A stretch of 64,000 bases of DNA. It comes from Lingula anatina (lineage: Eukaryota; Animalia; Brachiopoda). The stretch is from positions 21,080,001 through 21,144,000 of the forward strand of contig CM120646.1 of the NCBI GenBank assembly GCA_051362555.1. The letters run 5' to 3'. Shown piece by piece: positions 1-13,008 of this stretch. The position numbers and the translations under genes are program-made. The stretch's first letter is position 1. The number at the start of each line of letters is the position of its first letter. The notes under the pieces are model-generated. The model was not told the DNA's origin, did not search any database, and was given only the letters and a program-made list of their open reading frames with translations.

Positions 1-1546
1 AAATAAGTATGAGCGTTTTCCACTTTTCCCTTTTTTTCTTTTCTTTTATAAAAAGTACGCAATTGTTTTATGTTGCTTTTTTTGTCTTTTTGAATCTTTG
101 TTTTACAAATATATTGTCAGCTTTTACGGCATATGGTACTCAAGTGGTCTGAACTGTACCAATTAAATAAATCCACAATCATTGTTTGCGAGAAAGGGGC
201 CGCCGGGGTTCCTAGGTTAAACTGGAATGTTCGGGAGTTAAAAACGGGCGGAGAAGACTCCAAAATGAAACGTCATATATATCTCAAAATACACACATTG
301 GGTTCTTTGAAGAAACAAGACGAACATCTGGACTTTTCGAACAGGAATAGTTGTAACTGAAGCCACGTGACGCGACACTGCGACAGACGGTTTCTCGAAA
401 TTCGGTGGCTCACAATTCCTAATTGCCGCCTATTACCTGTTTCGGCTGTTAGTATAAAATCAAATTTCCGGAAGCAAGTGAATTAACCCCCTTCTAAAGG
501 TCGCTTGGCGGTCTCTCTGAAGTTTACTACGTCTTCCGTTGCTGATTATTTGTTTCGAATAAAACACACTCTTTGTAAAAACCGTGCTCGGGGGCCAGAA
601 GGCTGAGTTTAAATAGACCTTTGACTTGTTACGTTAGAACACGAGGCATAGAATGTTCCGCGGGCTTGTGTAACTGAACAAAAAAAAAAAAAAAATACTT
701 GCAAGGGGTGGAGAAAATACCAACGATTTTTTTCACTTCCTGATGCCGAGGTTGTTCTTAACGAAGATGACTTTATTGTATATCTTGACAGCTGGTGCGA
801 ATTGAGAGGTGATTTAGTGATTTAAGAAGACGTAAAAATGAGTTTTTATCTTGAATATAATGCCCATGTAGGCCTATGCATGTGCAAGTTGGTAAACTCT
901 TCAGACAATGAGCATGCTGAACGTGTTCAATTAATGCTTAAATAGCCTGATACATACGCGACATTTCGAAATAACACTCGTCTTGACAAATCGACAGTCA
1001 TTAGTAATACTTATCTTCCTAATTTTTTCTCCTTATATAACAAATTTGGTTGAATTGACCCTCAAGACAGAAACGCATTAACTTTTACTGTATGGAGATA
1101 TATCATGGACTTTACAATCATAATACTAAAAAGAAATAAAATGAAATAGAATAAAATAAAATAAAATAAAATGAAAATCTCAAAGAATTTACTGTGGCGC
1201 ATTTTATGAAAAGAGAGAATTTACAGTGACCGATATCTTAACCCCCCACCCCCACCCCAATATGTTTCTAAAGAGGGGAAAGCAGTACAACTGGCCACCG
1301 TTTCTGCAGTATTGAAATAAAGACCCCAGAGGCTCGGGACTCGAACCAATGGCCTTTCCTACTCTTCTTGTATCTTTTTCTGAACTGTATATCCGCCACA
1401 GTCTTCTTCGCTGGCCACAAAAGTAAATATAAGCTATCATTCAATATTGCCGTACAAATAGGGCCTACTTTTGTGAAATGTTTGTTGAGAAATATTAAAA
1501 TTGATCTAAGAAAGCGCGGAGTCGCCCCATTGTGCACAATACTCTC

Positions 1547-1785
1547 AGTCTAGGTCCCAACTACGTTCTGGACGCACGGTTTTTAGGTTCCTTGCCTCCG
1601 GCTAGGACGTAGCTAGATCGCACGTAGCGGCTGTTGATCATGTCGAAAAGTTTCTACTTGCTGTATGCGTCCTCCCAAAAGTCGCACGATGGACGTGCTC
1701 CTCACGCACGAACTCCCACGTTTGCCCCATTTTTTTGGCCGTAGACCACACGTAGCAGCCCGTACGTTCGGTTGGGACCTAGGCT
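1547..1785. mobile_element. Probable MITE, about 240 bp
   Basis: TIR CTAGGTCCCAAC (1550-1561) / GTTGGGACCTAG (1771-1782), GC-richer interior; no clear TSD. Confidence 0.55.
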
Positions 1786-4700
1786 TTAGCGTTGAGATCT
1801 TTTGAAACCGAGAAAGACAGGGGAGAACTTTGAGGTCATCTCTGTGGTCAAACAATTAGCTATCCTCTGTATTCTTATCACATTATTACGGACATATTTG
1901 ACATTTTTCTTCTAGAAAAATAACCGCGTGAGTGGATGAAGAAATGGCGGCGCCTTTTCACGCCACAAGAAACATTTGTTTTAAAATAGTAATTCTTTAA
2001 CTTGTAATTTAGATATGGGTAATATGATTTTTCAAGGGCAGACGACAATTATCACGGAGTGAGAGTCACGTTTTATAGGCACACGTGACTCTGTAGAGTA
2101 TAATTTTTTGTCGCGTGATGTCGCTGCTAGCGCTTCGCTGTATGACACGCTGAATACTGATTCAAGGGTTTCAATCATACCTAAGACATTTGTTTTCAGA
2201 AAATCAGGCCAAGCACACACTACCAATTATTGCTTCCTTGCTAAATTTTACAGTTATTTGATTTATTAACATCAATCACAAAACATCAAATCGTTTAGTG
2301 CTGCAAATTGAGGAGAAACGTGTTTTTAAAAAAAACAGGGCAAACACGCACAAGTAATTAATTGGTTTCTTGCTAAGTTGCAAAACCATTTATGTCAAGT
2401 CTCAACCTCCCGAGACTGCAACATGCTGTTTAGGTTCGAATGTCTAAATCTGATAATTCAATACGGTTGGCAATGCGAAACTGATACCCGTTCTTCTTCG
2501 TTTTAACGCGCGAGAAGTAAGTTGAAATAATCGATGAATAATCCCCCGTAATGCTTAGTACAATACACAGGGCGTGGTCAATAATGCAGCACATGCAACT
2601 CGAATTTTGGATACCTGGTTCGGTAATTTGTCCGCGTTTGGCTCGTTGCATGCATGTTTAAATTGTTAAAGCAAATTTGATGTGTCATTGTCTGTCATCG
2701 TATGCACTGGAAAAGCAATAAACAACAATGATGTGCTTTTCATACGTTACAGGTAGCATAGAAGGAACGAACTAAATGGAAGGGTTTGTTTGGAATCTCA
2801 AGTTTAAAAAGTTATAAGTCGAAAATCACCAATTGGTTGACGTACCCCCTCCCTCTCTCTCTCTCTCTCGAACGCAAGTTTGTTATTGTTGTTATTCAGT
2901 TTGGATGGAAATCTGCGTTGTGTTTTAGAAGGACGTGATCTAGCTTTTCTGTAATTCGATATTTAATTTGTACAAACGCAGGTATGTACCGAAAAGGCGG
3001 AATTTTTTTTGTATTCTTTATTTTTCTTATTTTCCTTTCCTTTTTTTCATCCGTCTCATTTAGAATTTTTGGGTGCATGTCTACAGCACAGCCACCGAAA
3101 CTCTACGCGCGGTTGTATTGAACAATATGCCCGAAATTTTACATAATGCAGGCTGTTCTCAGTTTGTTGCTAGACTTTGATATACTTATTTTTTCGTTTT
3201 CTTAAGATTGAAACAAAAAATCAAATCCTTAATTGTCAGTTTTAATCCATCTCGTAAGTTTACAATGTTTTTGAATCTCTACTCATTTTTTATTAATTCA
3301 CCATTATAAATACAACGGATACGTTACTCAAAACCCGTCAAACGGTAGCTTTGATTTGGTTTTCAAATGAAAATTAAATACTGGATTACTATCTTCTTGC
3401 GCGAGGTTTCCGATAAACCCATTGACATTAGTGGACATGGCTTCCTTTTCCAATATCTGATAAAATAGACGGAGTCCAGAGTAGGGATAAAATACAAACA
3501 GTTCTTTCATTCTTTCTTTCATTTTTTTTCGTTCGTTCAGGTGCCTTAGACCACCATGAAGGAAGGCTGAACATGTCGTCTGCTTTCAATAAGGCAGTGA
3601 CGCGAGGTATAATTGACCACCCACGCGTATAAAAAATGGCAAACGGGCCATTAATGAGCGTGTTACACCCTTGCTACCCCTAGTACGCCTAACGCCAAAG
3701 TTTGTTCATGGGCCTTTGATTTTATTTAATGCGATGCAAAGGAAAATAACGTTGTTTTCGTTCGTAAGGAGGAAGTAGGCTTGACTCAAGGGAGACGCGT
3801 GATATGTACAACGTGTGTGTCTATGCATATGTGCGTGCGCCCGCACACGTGTGATCGCACGAGTGTCTGCATGTATGTGCATGAGCACAAGGCAAGGGAT
3901 ATTCCAAAATTAAATTCTCCTTTTCTCCTGGCAGTGCTAAGTGATGCTAAGTAATGTATAGCCATTTTCCTGAAAATGAAAAACAGGAAAACAAATAAAC
4001 AGGTCAAAGCAAAATAAACAACAAAAAAGACATAAACAGTGAATAAAAACATCATTAGTGTAATTGGTTCTATTTAATTCATTATCGCTTCTTTCCACAA
4101 CATATGATATGGACCAGGGTAGTAGGTAATAAATGTAATCGCCACTGAAATGACCCAAGGTTCGCATTTTGAGCCTGTTGACTTATTTATCATTCTTGTA
4201 TCACTATTACACGCATGTTTTGTATTATTATTTTGTCTACAACCATCATCAGTTTCAGCACTATTTTAATCTGTCTCCATATCTCGTTAGCTTTGTGGTA
4301 AAATGTACAAATAGTATATCATTGATTTGGTCTGATGACACTGAGCCGTGTTTTATATAATTATAAGTACCTCTTAATGTTATATTGTACAGAACCTTAG
4401 CTAATGGGGTAAACACGTGTGTCTATATTACAGAAATAAAGCCAATACCAACATAAAAGAAGGCCACGCCAAAATACATTTCCCGGTAGAGTCGGGTAAA
4501 TGGCGAGTCCTCCGTACACGTTTCGCTAATGTTAAAGTAAAATCAGCCGATGGCGTAAGAAGTGGCTATTTTCCCACCATATTGTCCAGTGCTGCTGCTG
4601 CGTCTCTCACGCCAGCAAGACCCTCTCGGCTGGGCAGAGAGCGCTCGCCCGGTCAGTTGTGTTGACTTAAATTAACTGATGGCCTTTGGTCTTGGATGTT

Positions 4701-6027
4701 ACTGTTAGAGATATACTTACAGAAGAATGCTCATCTGTTCAAAAAGTGGATCCACACATTGTTTACAGGGGCACCTTCCAAAAATATCTTCGATACAAAG
4801 TTTTTTTAGGATCTATTTTTTTTTGTGTTTACATAACTTAACCCGTGTCATCAGATATTGATGTCTGAAAGTGGCCAGTTGTTCAAAGCCCGATAACGAA
4901 CTGTTTATTTAGGTCAGACTCAATGGTGAATAATTTGCCGTTTATTGTTTTTGTGGACGCCGTTGCGTCAGCAATGTTGACTTAGAGTAACCGACAACCC
5001 CGATCCAAAATGGCGACGGTTAAGAGGGTTGAATTAGAGAAAACTAACTACGTCCAAACTTTAACCCGGTCAAAAGTTTTGTTAACTTAGGTCAAGCAAC
5101 AGGAGTGTACAGTGTATATAGTGATGTATGTTCCCAGAATTGGCATGACTAAGTGGTGAAAGTTACTACGTCCAGGAGAAACGCAAAGGAGCGCAAAGCG
5201 TGTTCACAACCATTATTTCGGTTGGGATTATTATGCATAGTTTTAAAGTAATGACTTAGCAGACAATCTTTGTTAAATCAAAACAATTGGTACAATTTTA
5301 CCACGTGTAGCGACCTGTTTTCGAGTAACAACAATTCCTAAGGTCAGACATGAAACACCGCTGAAATAAGCCCATGCTGTGTTCAATGTGAAAATATATC
5401 CCGAAAACGATAACAGGGACAAACACATATTTTATGGACAAACAATGCACAATAAACTCGTCTTTGAAAAAGAATGTTTCGTTTACGCCTCTAACTAGCC
5501 ATCTCCACGCGGGTGGTTATCAACACCATAACAAGCAAAATTCAAAGACATTTGCTCCTGTAACTTCATAACACCACTTGCAGAGAGAACAAACACACTC
5601 GAGCCACTGAGTAGCATTTCTTCTCCACACGACGTCCCTAGCGTACTATTAGTCGCTGCAAACGTTCCCCGTACCCGGTAGTTTCAGGCCACTGGTATGG
5701 AAATCGCCATAGGTTCCTACTAGTCCTTCCTTTCGTTCTGTTTTTAAAATTTATTATTGCAAATTGAAACATAGAGTGTTGGGTAGGATATATGCTAGAG
5801 CCTGTAGTTGCCTGGTAGTGCAGCGGGGAAGTAGGAACGTCGAAGGTGTTCAGCTGCCGCCAAAATATTCGTTATTTTTGTAGGAAAGCAACTTTTTGCT
5901 TTCTGAATTAATGACTTGGAACTAAGGGCTAACTTTTAAAAAGATCCTAGGCTCAAACTTTGGTTTGAACTTTTTGAACAAAACGCTGGTCTTCACCAGT
6001 TCAAGGCAGTCCATTATAGTACACTTA

Positions 6028-6204
6028 GGCCCCATTCAGAATAGGGGACTAACTAGTCCGAGGGTCAAATATGGAGACCCACTACAAAGCTTGCCGTCTA
6101 ATACGCTCATAGACACTGAATAGATATTCCGTGGGGAAGTATTTTCAAGTGGGTCGGCCATATTTGACACTCGGACTAGTTAGTCCCCTATTTTAAATGG
6201 GGCC
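6028..6204. mobile_element. Tourist-like (PIF/Harbinger) MITE, 177 bp
   Basis: About 55-bp imperfect TIRs GGCCCCATTCAGAATAGGGGACTAACTAGTCCGAG... / ...CTCGGACTAGTTAGTCCCCTATTTTAAATGGGGCC; TTA on both flanks (TSD). Confidence 0.85.
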
Positions 6205-9200
6205 TTAAATAAAGTACGTGTTGGATGGAACATCAGCCGTGTTTTCCTTGTTATACATAACACGAACAATATCTCATTTCATTCGCCTACCACTGATTTA
6301 TTTTGCTTCACAGTAGACTAAAATAAGAATAAAAATTCAAACCAATTTTGGGGTAAAGTTAGTTTATGAAAGACACCCCAGATAACGGCAAGACGGAAGG
6401 ACAGACGCCCTGGGGCTGTGTGCAAAAACTTAACAAGTTGAATTTAATTTGCATTAGGACAGCATAATACAGTCTGTCTATTCGCTTTACTTACACAGCA
6501 TTTAACTATAGCATTATACTGTGCTTGGCAAAACATACTATATAAAACGAGAAAATGCTATTGATAGAAATTTAAGGACACTGGAGCATAATTGGAGCAG
6601 ACACTAGATCAGGCAGATTAAAACAGTGAATTGGCTATCCTCCGAACTGGAAATAATTCTCCTAATAAACTGTTTTTTTAAGTCAACTTAAACATTGTTG
6701 TTTCTCTTTTTTTTCCATCGGTAAGCCTATTTCCTTTGCTTAACCACAATGTAATGAGACACGGTCGGTTTTATGCTCTCTCCACCAGAGGCCTTTTTAG
6801 ATGTTACAAAGTTGCATGAAGGGCTTCGTTCCGTTTGGCAACGACTAGAAGTGTCTCTATATTGTCTGTGGTAGAGGGTATATGCGTTATTTTACTTCAG
6901 ACTGCTGTTGGGTTGCGGTACATGTGCCATAATTTTAAGACGTATGGTGACAGCGTGACGGACGCAGATGAACGTCCCTCTTGATTGCATCTATTCTGTC
7001 TAAAATTAAAAAACTAAAATTACTCCAATAAATTGAGTCTGTCTCAAGGTACCAGTAGAAGTTAGCTAATTCAGTTTTCGAGCACAGTGTGAGCTATGAG
7101 CACACGAGGTCTGGAAACCCCCCACCCCCACCCCCCACCCCAACCACACCCATATCGTGCGTGGGTCAGTAAAACAAAACGGGGACAGTCTAATTATCAA
7201 GTCGGGGCCACAGCACTGCACTACACAAAATATGGAGACAGACAAAGGAAACAAAACCGTTTTTAAAGTTCACCCCCGGCCCCTCTTAAATTGGATCTGA
7301 ACATGTACATGTACGGGCGCACACGTTCACAGACGCACAAATAGGTGTACTAACAAGCAGTTTAAACACACACAGACAGACAACTTTTTTGGCACCATAA
7401 AATAATTCATTTCGATGTTAAGGCAAGTCTTGACTTTGCTTGTGTAACAAACACAACGTGAGATTAAAAGGCCGATAATTTTCCAGACAGCCATATTCCG
7501 CCACCTGGGGTTTAGCCAGGGTGACCGAAACTGTAACAGCACCCATCCATTTTTATTTCATCTACGGGACGTTCTTATGTCATCCGTACTTCAAAGAAAG
7601 CATTTGCAGTGGAGCAGGTGCCCATGCAGGTAGGCAGCCGTTCAGCTTTGTTGATATGCCGAAATGGACATGGGGTCTGGTGAAAATGCACCGAGTTGGT
7701 GAAGATATTTTTGCCAACAGAACAGAGAGGACACCACGAAGAGCTTTTGTCATAATATATTGGTCTATGTCAGTGACATCTCCACCATAAATGCCCCTTA
7801 TGACCGCGGGAATGTCATCTTCAGCGACCCATGCCATTACACGCCTCCTTTACAAAAGGACCCAACACTGCCTTAAAGCAAATTTACGCATACATTGAGT
7901 AATACAGAGCCGGGGTACGTCCTCATTTATTTTCGTATGTCTTGTTTTTTATTGGATGTTAGAGCTATTATTGGCACACGCTAGTTGGCAAAACCAAGTA
8001 AATTACACGAAATCTCATAGATGTTCTTTGGCAATTTTAGCAAAAGCAATATCTGTTGTCGATATCACTTCCGGTGAATAAATCTAAAAAGACACGTAAG
8101 TTGTTCAATTGCAACAGCATGTTTTTTATCTACTTTTACAATCAAAGCAATTTAAAGCTAGACGTAACTGTGTCAGTTAAACAATAGAAACGCTTGTTCA
8201 TATTATATCATCTCTACATGGGTCTCCATTATGAGCTTTTTTTTATATTCTAGATTTAAATGTTCTGTCTGCACGGAATGATGCAAATAAAAATCCACTT
8301 TTCACAGAGACTGTACGCGCGACAACCAAATAAGCGCTGCCATTAAACAGTCTGCTTTACTCTGCCACTGTTGCGTAATTTTGTGAATTGGAATAAACAC
8401 AAGATCGGGAGTCGTTGACTACAAAAAATATATCGAGGCGTGCAAATCGTGGTTCGAACCCATTCCGTGACCCGCATCTTAAAAAGTCAACCCATTTGTG
8501 AACGAATACATTTGTCATAAAAACTAGAGTACTCGCTAAAAATTCCAACTTGAATCAATCTGTTGGGTGCATGACCCCGTGCAGTGACTTGCATTATCTG
8601 GCGGCACCTCTGTGGTTTTCGGGCTGGATGGAGTGCTCTATCGCGTCCGCGCCGTTCATTTGGCCCCTGGTAAGGCGGGAGGGATGCACATAAAAAGAAA
8701 GCAACCTCAGAGTCGATTACATAATGCATAAATAAGTTTAGTAGGACGCTACATGATGGGTCTGTGGTCGGGGGGTGAAATGTATTTTTATTAGAGGTTA
8801 CGTAAACGCACTTCGAGTAACTTCCGTCAGACTGAGTTAATCTCATTTCCATCGGTCAGTAGGGCGGGGAGGATAGCGCGTTATTTTTTTAAACTCAATC
8901 ATGCCTACTGTACCCGCGAACAAGTTCTCATTTAAAAGAACCAATACGCCGCTACATGTGTATCTTATTCCTTCCTTTTGGTCAAAAAGTTGGATAAAAT
9001 ATGTCAAACTTAAATACCAATCAGAATTTAAATGCCATAAAAAAACAAATCTTGCAGAATGTATTTTATGAAAGATTGCGACCCGGGAAGTTTAGAACGA
9101 TGTACGCGTTTAGTTTCCTAAATCAACAAACAAAATGTGTAATCGTTTTGGGATACAATCAAGTGAATAATGAAAGCAAAAGGCCAGGAAACAACAAAAA

Positions 9201-9708
9201 CAACTACCTTACCAGTTGGATAACTTAACCGCTTTTTTGTTTAAAATTTTGAATATTATCAAGAACGACGAAATAAGGGGCACTGGTACTGTACTACTCG
9301 CCGGCAACTGATGTCTATTCCACATAAGAAAAGGCCCAGGAAAACTCAACGTCAAAGGGAAGGCAGAAGATAAAAGAATGAAATGACACAAAGCCACACT
9401 CTTAATACAATTCGCTTGCTGAGGCACAACGTCATCCATGTTGTTCACAAAGAACGCAGAGGACAGACGCACGTGGACAATTGAATGACCACCAAAGTGT
9501 TAAGATACGGGCACTCTGGAGGAAGAAGCAATATAGCTACACGTACAATAAGATCAAATATTTTTCACATCGTAATAACACGATAAATACATGCTAAATG
9601 CGCAATTTCTGTCACTCATCAAACCATGTTATAGATTACAAGAAATATAATTTATTTCAACGTAAGCTGATAGTACATCACAATGGTACCTTACACTAAA
9701 TAAACAAT

Positions 9709-9759
<51 letters not shown>

Positions 9760-11004
9760 GCCACCTTGTCTATAATATACCTGACCAAGATACACATACA
9801 CAGCATAATCGTAACACTTACGACGATACAGTCGCAGATGCTATGCATTTTGTTCTCTAATGCAATCCTCTCCAGAAGCGTTGACTCACCCTAACCACGC
9901 CCCTCCAGAGTATCACGCCCGAAGAAAATAGCTACCACCCTAGTTGTGGTAATCAGTATGTGGGGCAGCCCCGAGGGTAAGAGGTAGGCTATATACTCTA
10001 TTACCCACCTTAAAAATGTTTATGGGATAATTCCTATAACATTGTGATTCGTATAATGCAATTTTCCTGCACTTGCTGTTTCGGTGTAAAACTCGTTGAA
10101 TCATCTTCGTTGGAGTTTCCGTGATCCAAGTTTGCATTTGAGTTCTACACGAAGTGGTGGTTTCTACCACGGCGACGTTGGAAAAAAACTTTTTTAAAGC
10201 TTTAAAACCGGTTAACCGTGCAACGAAATACGAGTTTTTCTACATTGTCGCATGTCAAAAACGTTCGAGATAACAGTAGCAGTGTATATCCTTTGGAAAT
10301 TCTGTAAAACTGTAAAACAATACTATAATTCCATCACATGCAATTTTAAATATTAAATTTCAACTTTAACAAATGTCTTTTTAAAAGTTTCACAATAAGC
10401 GTTAACCTTTCATAAAGCTTCAAAATATATCTCTTATTTAGGAAAATTTTCCCTTTATCTCTAAGGCATGCATAATACATAAAATCATTAATAAAATTAC
10501 AATCCATAAAGTCATTTCCAAGATATTGTTCCCTAATTCTTAAAATCACGAATGACCTTCACTAATCCCAGTTTCAATTTAAAAATTGGATCAAAAATTT
10601 GAAACTCATTAAAATCGTAATTATGTCAAAGGTTTTGTAACGGGTATACTTTGGTGACGAAAGAGAAAGTGTTGAAAATGTTATTTTTTGTATCACTTTA
10701 ACGTCCTTTACTTTTTTAAAGAATTAAAAGTTCTTTCTATTATGATTTTAACATCCAGTTTGTCCTAGCAATTATATATCATTGTATGCATTACAATGAA
10801 AGGGTGGGATACTTAGTGTCTGAACGCAATTAAATTAGTCATTATGAATGGCCGATGATATTACATGATCTACGTCACAAAAATTGTCGAGTTAGTGTCC
10901 TTTGTTTGTATTCAGTGTAACACTCATCTGTCCCAATTTATTTAATGAACGCCGATTGTTTATCTAAAGGGACGATTAAAATGTCACTTGATAGAAATCG
11001 TTCA

Positions 11005-11041
<37 letters not shown>

Positions 11042-12428
11042 AAAAAAAGGGAGTTTATCGCACCAGCGCGTTTATGATGGCGTAATATTCTGCCATGTCT
11101 CGTTGCTTATTTCCCTTTTGTATTTAGGCGTTGTCTCTATTTCTAGTTTGGTTACGGTTATTATTCTCAACAAAGAATTGCTCCTTTTTTCCTTTTCTTA
11201 AATTACTTTCCATTTCCTTTTTCTGATTTAACCACGAAACTATTTCTATTTGATATATCTACATAAACGGGTAATTAAAGTTTAACAGTTTGCTTTCCAA
11301 CTGTTATTTTTTCCAATGTCACGGTGCGGGTTCCATTTGGTTTCACACAGATTGCAGATTACAAATTTAAAAACAGCGACTTTTGGTTACGTTACAATTA
11401 AGAGCCAAACCCTCAATGCGACCTCTGTCGTCTGTGTTTTGCATCGACCTCTTGACAAGTAAACTTCAACTGCCACATTTTCGGTGTTATTTTCGTCATT
11501 TCTAAGAACTATAGATGTTATCGTGACCTGGAACATTAGTTCTTAGTACACGCACCTATTATATATATATTTATACATGCGGGCATTTACAAAGTCGGTG
11601 GACAAATCGTAAAATTCTTCAAAGTAAGTAACAATTGAACCGTGAACTGAAAACGTCAACGTAAAACAGAACATTACATTATGCAAAGTTGGCCCTGGTG
11701 TTAGGGAATGTTTTACCTTACTACGGATAAATGAAATCATGCCTTCGAAATCCATATGCGGAAATGCGTTTTATGCAACGTGGCCCCGGCGCATGGATGA
11801 CGCAGCTCATGCCGCAGTAGGTAAAACCATTGACATATATTGGCAGGGTCTGTGTTTTTCACAACGCAAGCTGGAGTTAATTTGGCAGCAATTCTGCGCT
11901 TTAAGTGGACACATTGCTACCTCTTTTTTACCGTATGTCCCGACGTGAACTAGCCTGGGTTAGGCTGTCGCTTGTCTTTAATTGGGCAATCTGAAACGAA
12001 ACGTCAAAGCTAAAAGTTTTAGGGTTCACGCGAGACACACCTTTTAGATTCGCTGAGGTTAACGTAGATAAGAATGGTGAATAAATGGTAAAATGTTAAA
12101 AATTTCAGTCATAGAACACGATGCCTAAAACAATTTTGAAATACCGAATAACAACGCAGTGTATAACGGAATGGTACATGTTGTTACCTCTAAGACTTCC
12201 CAGAATAACCACCAAGCAGCTCTATCAGCACGACTTACAGAGCAGAGAATGATGGCTTTTTTTTAGAAAGGGATTCAAGGTGCTTACTTTCACTTAATAA
12301 TACATTATACGGGATACGTTGATAGATGTTATCAGAATGTATTTGGGAGATGGTTTGACAGAGATGTTGCGAACACGATACTACACGCTTTACGATTTGA
12401 CAAGGAGGTATAGCAGACATTTAAATCA

Positions 12429-12470
<42 letters not shown>
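12429..12470. repeat. (GT)n(GA)n microsatellite
   Basis: Direct reading. Confidence 0.95.
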
Positions 12471-12882
12471 GTTAGCATCACGTGTATTTTCAGCAGCGTT
12501 ACCCTTAAGGGTATAGCAGAGGTTATTCTAAACAATTAGTTACTTAATAAGTCGAATAAAAGATTACCGACGCAAAAGACCCACAGTGGCACTCTTACAA
12601 ATTCTACGATACAGACCCGGGGAATTGTTCCACGTTGTAATCTAATTTGATAATGAAGCTAGACATGTTTTGTAACGTACTCTGAGTTTAATTGGTTGAT
12701 GGTTTCATCGTGCTAAAAACCGCGGCCGTCTGAACCGTGGACGGCGTAACATCGCTGTACTATTTATGTAACAAATTAGAATAAGCAAGAAGTGCAGGTT
12801 GTCAAAATAACCAGGTGGGGCTGAAGCTTGTGTGGAGTACGCTCACTAATCACCAGATGAAGAATGACTTTACAGCTAACAA

Positions 12883-12963
<81 letters not shown>

Positions 12964-12970
12964 AACAAAC

Positions 12971-13003
<33 letters not shown>

Positions 13004-13008
13004 CACAC
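12883..13008. repeat. (CT)n(CA)n compound microsatellite
   Basis: Direct reading. Confidence 0.95.

Noticed and set aside
360-560. Possible first exon/promoter of a minus-strand gene (CAG|GTAA near 436, CCGGAAG)
   Set aside because: Single motifs only, no coding or other support within the window
1325-1360. tRNA B-box-like GGTTCGAGTCCC on the minus strand (similar near 8451 and 16239)
   Set aside because: No cloverleaf or A box; at most SINE relics
12429-12960. (GT)n(GA)n and (CT)n(CA)n forming an inverted pair about 420 bp apart
   Set aside because: This compound microsatellite recurs elsewhere (24748), so the pairing is probably coincidental
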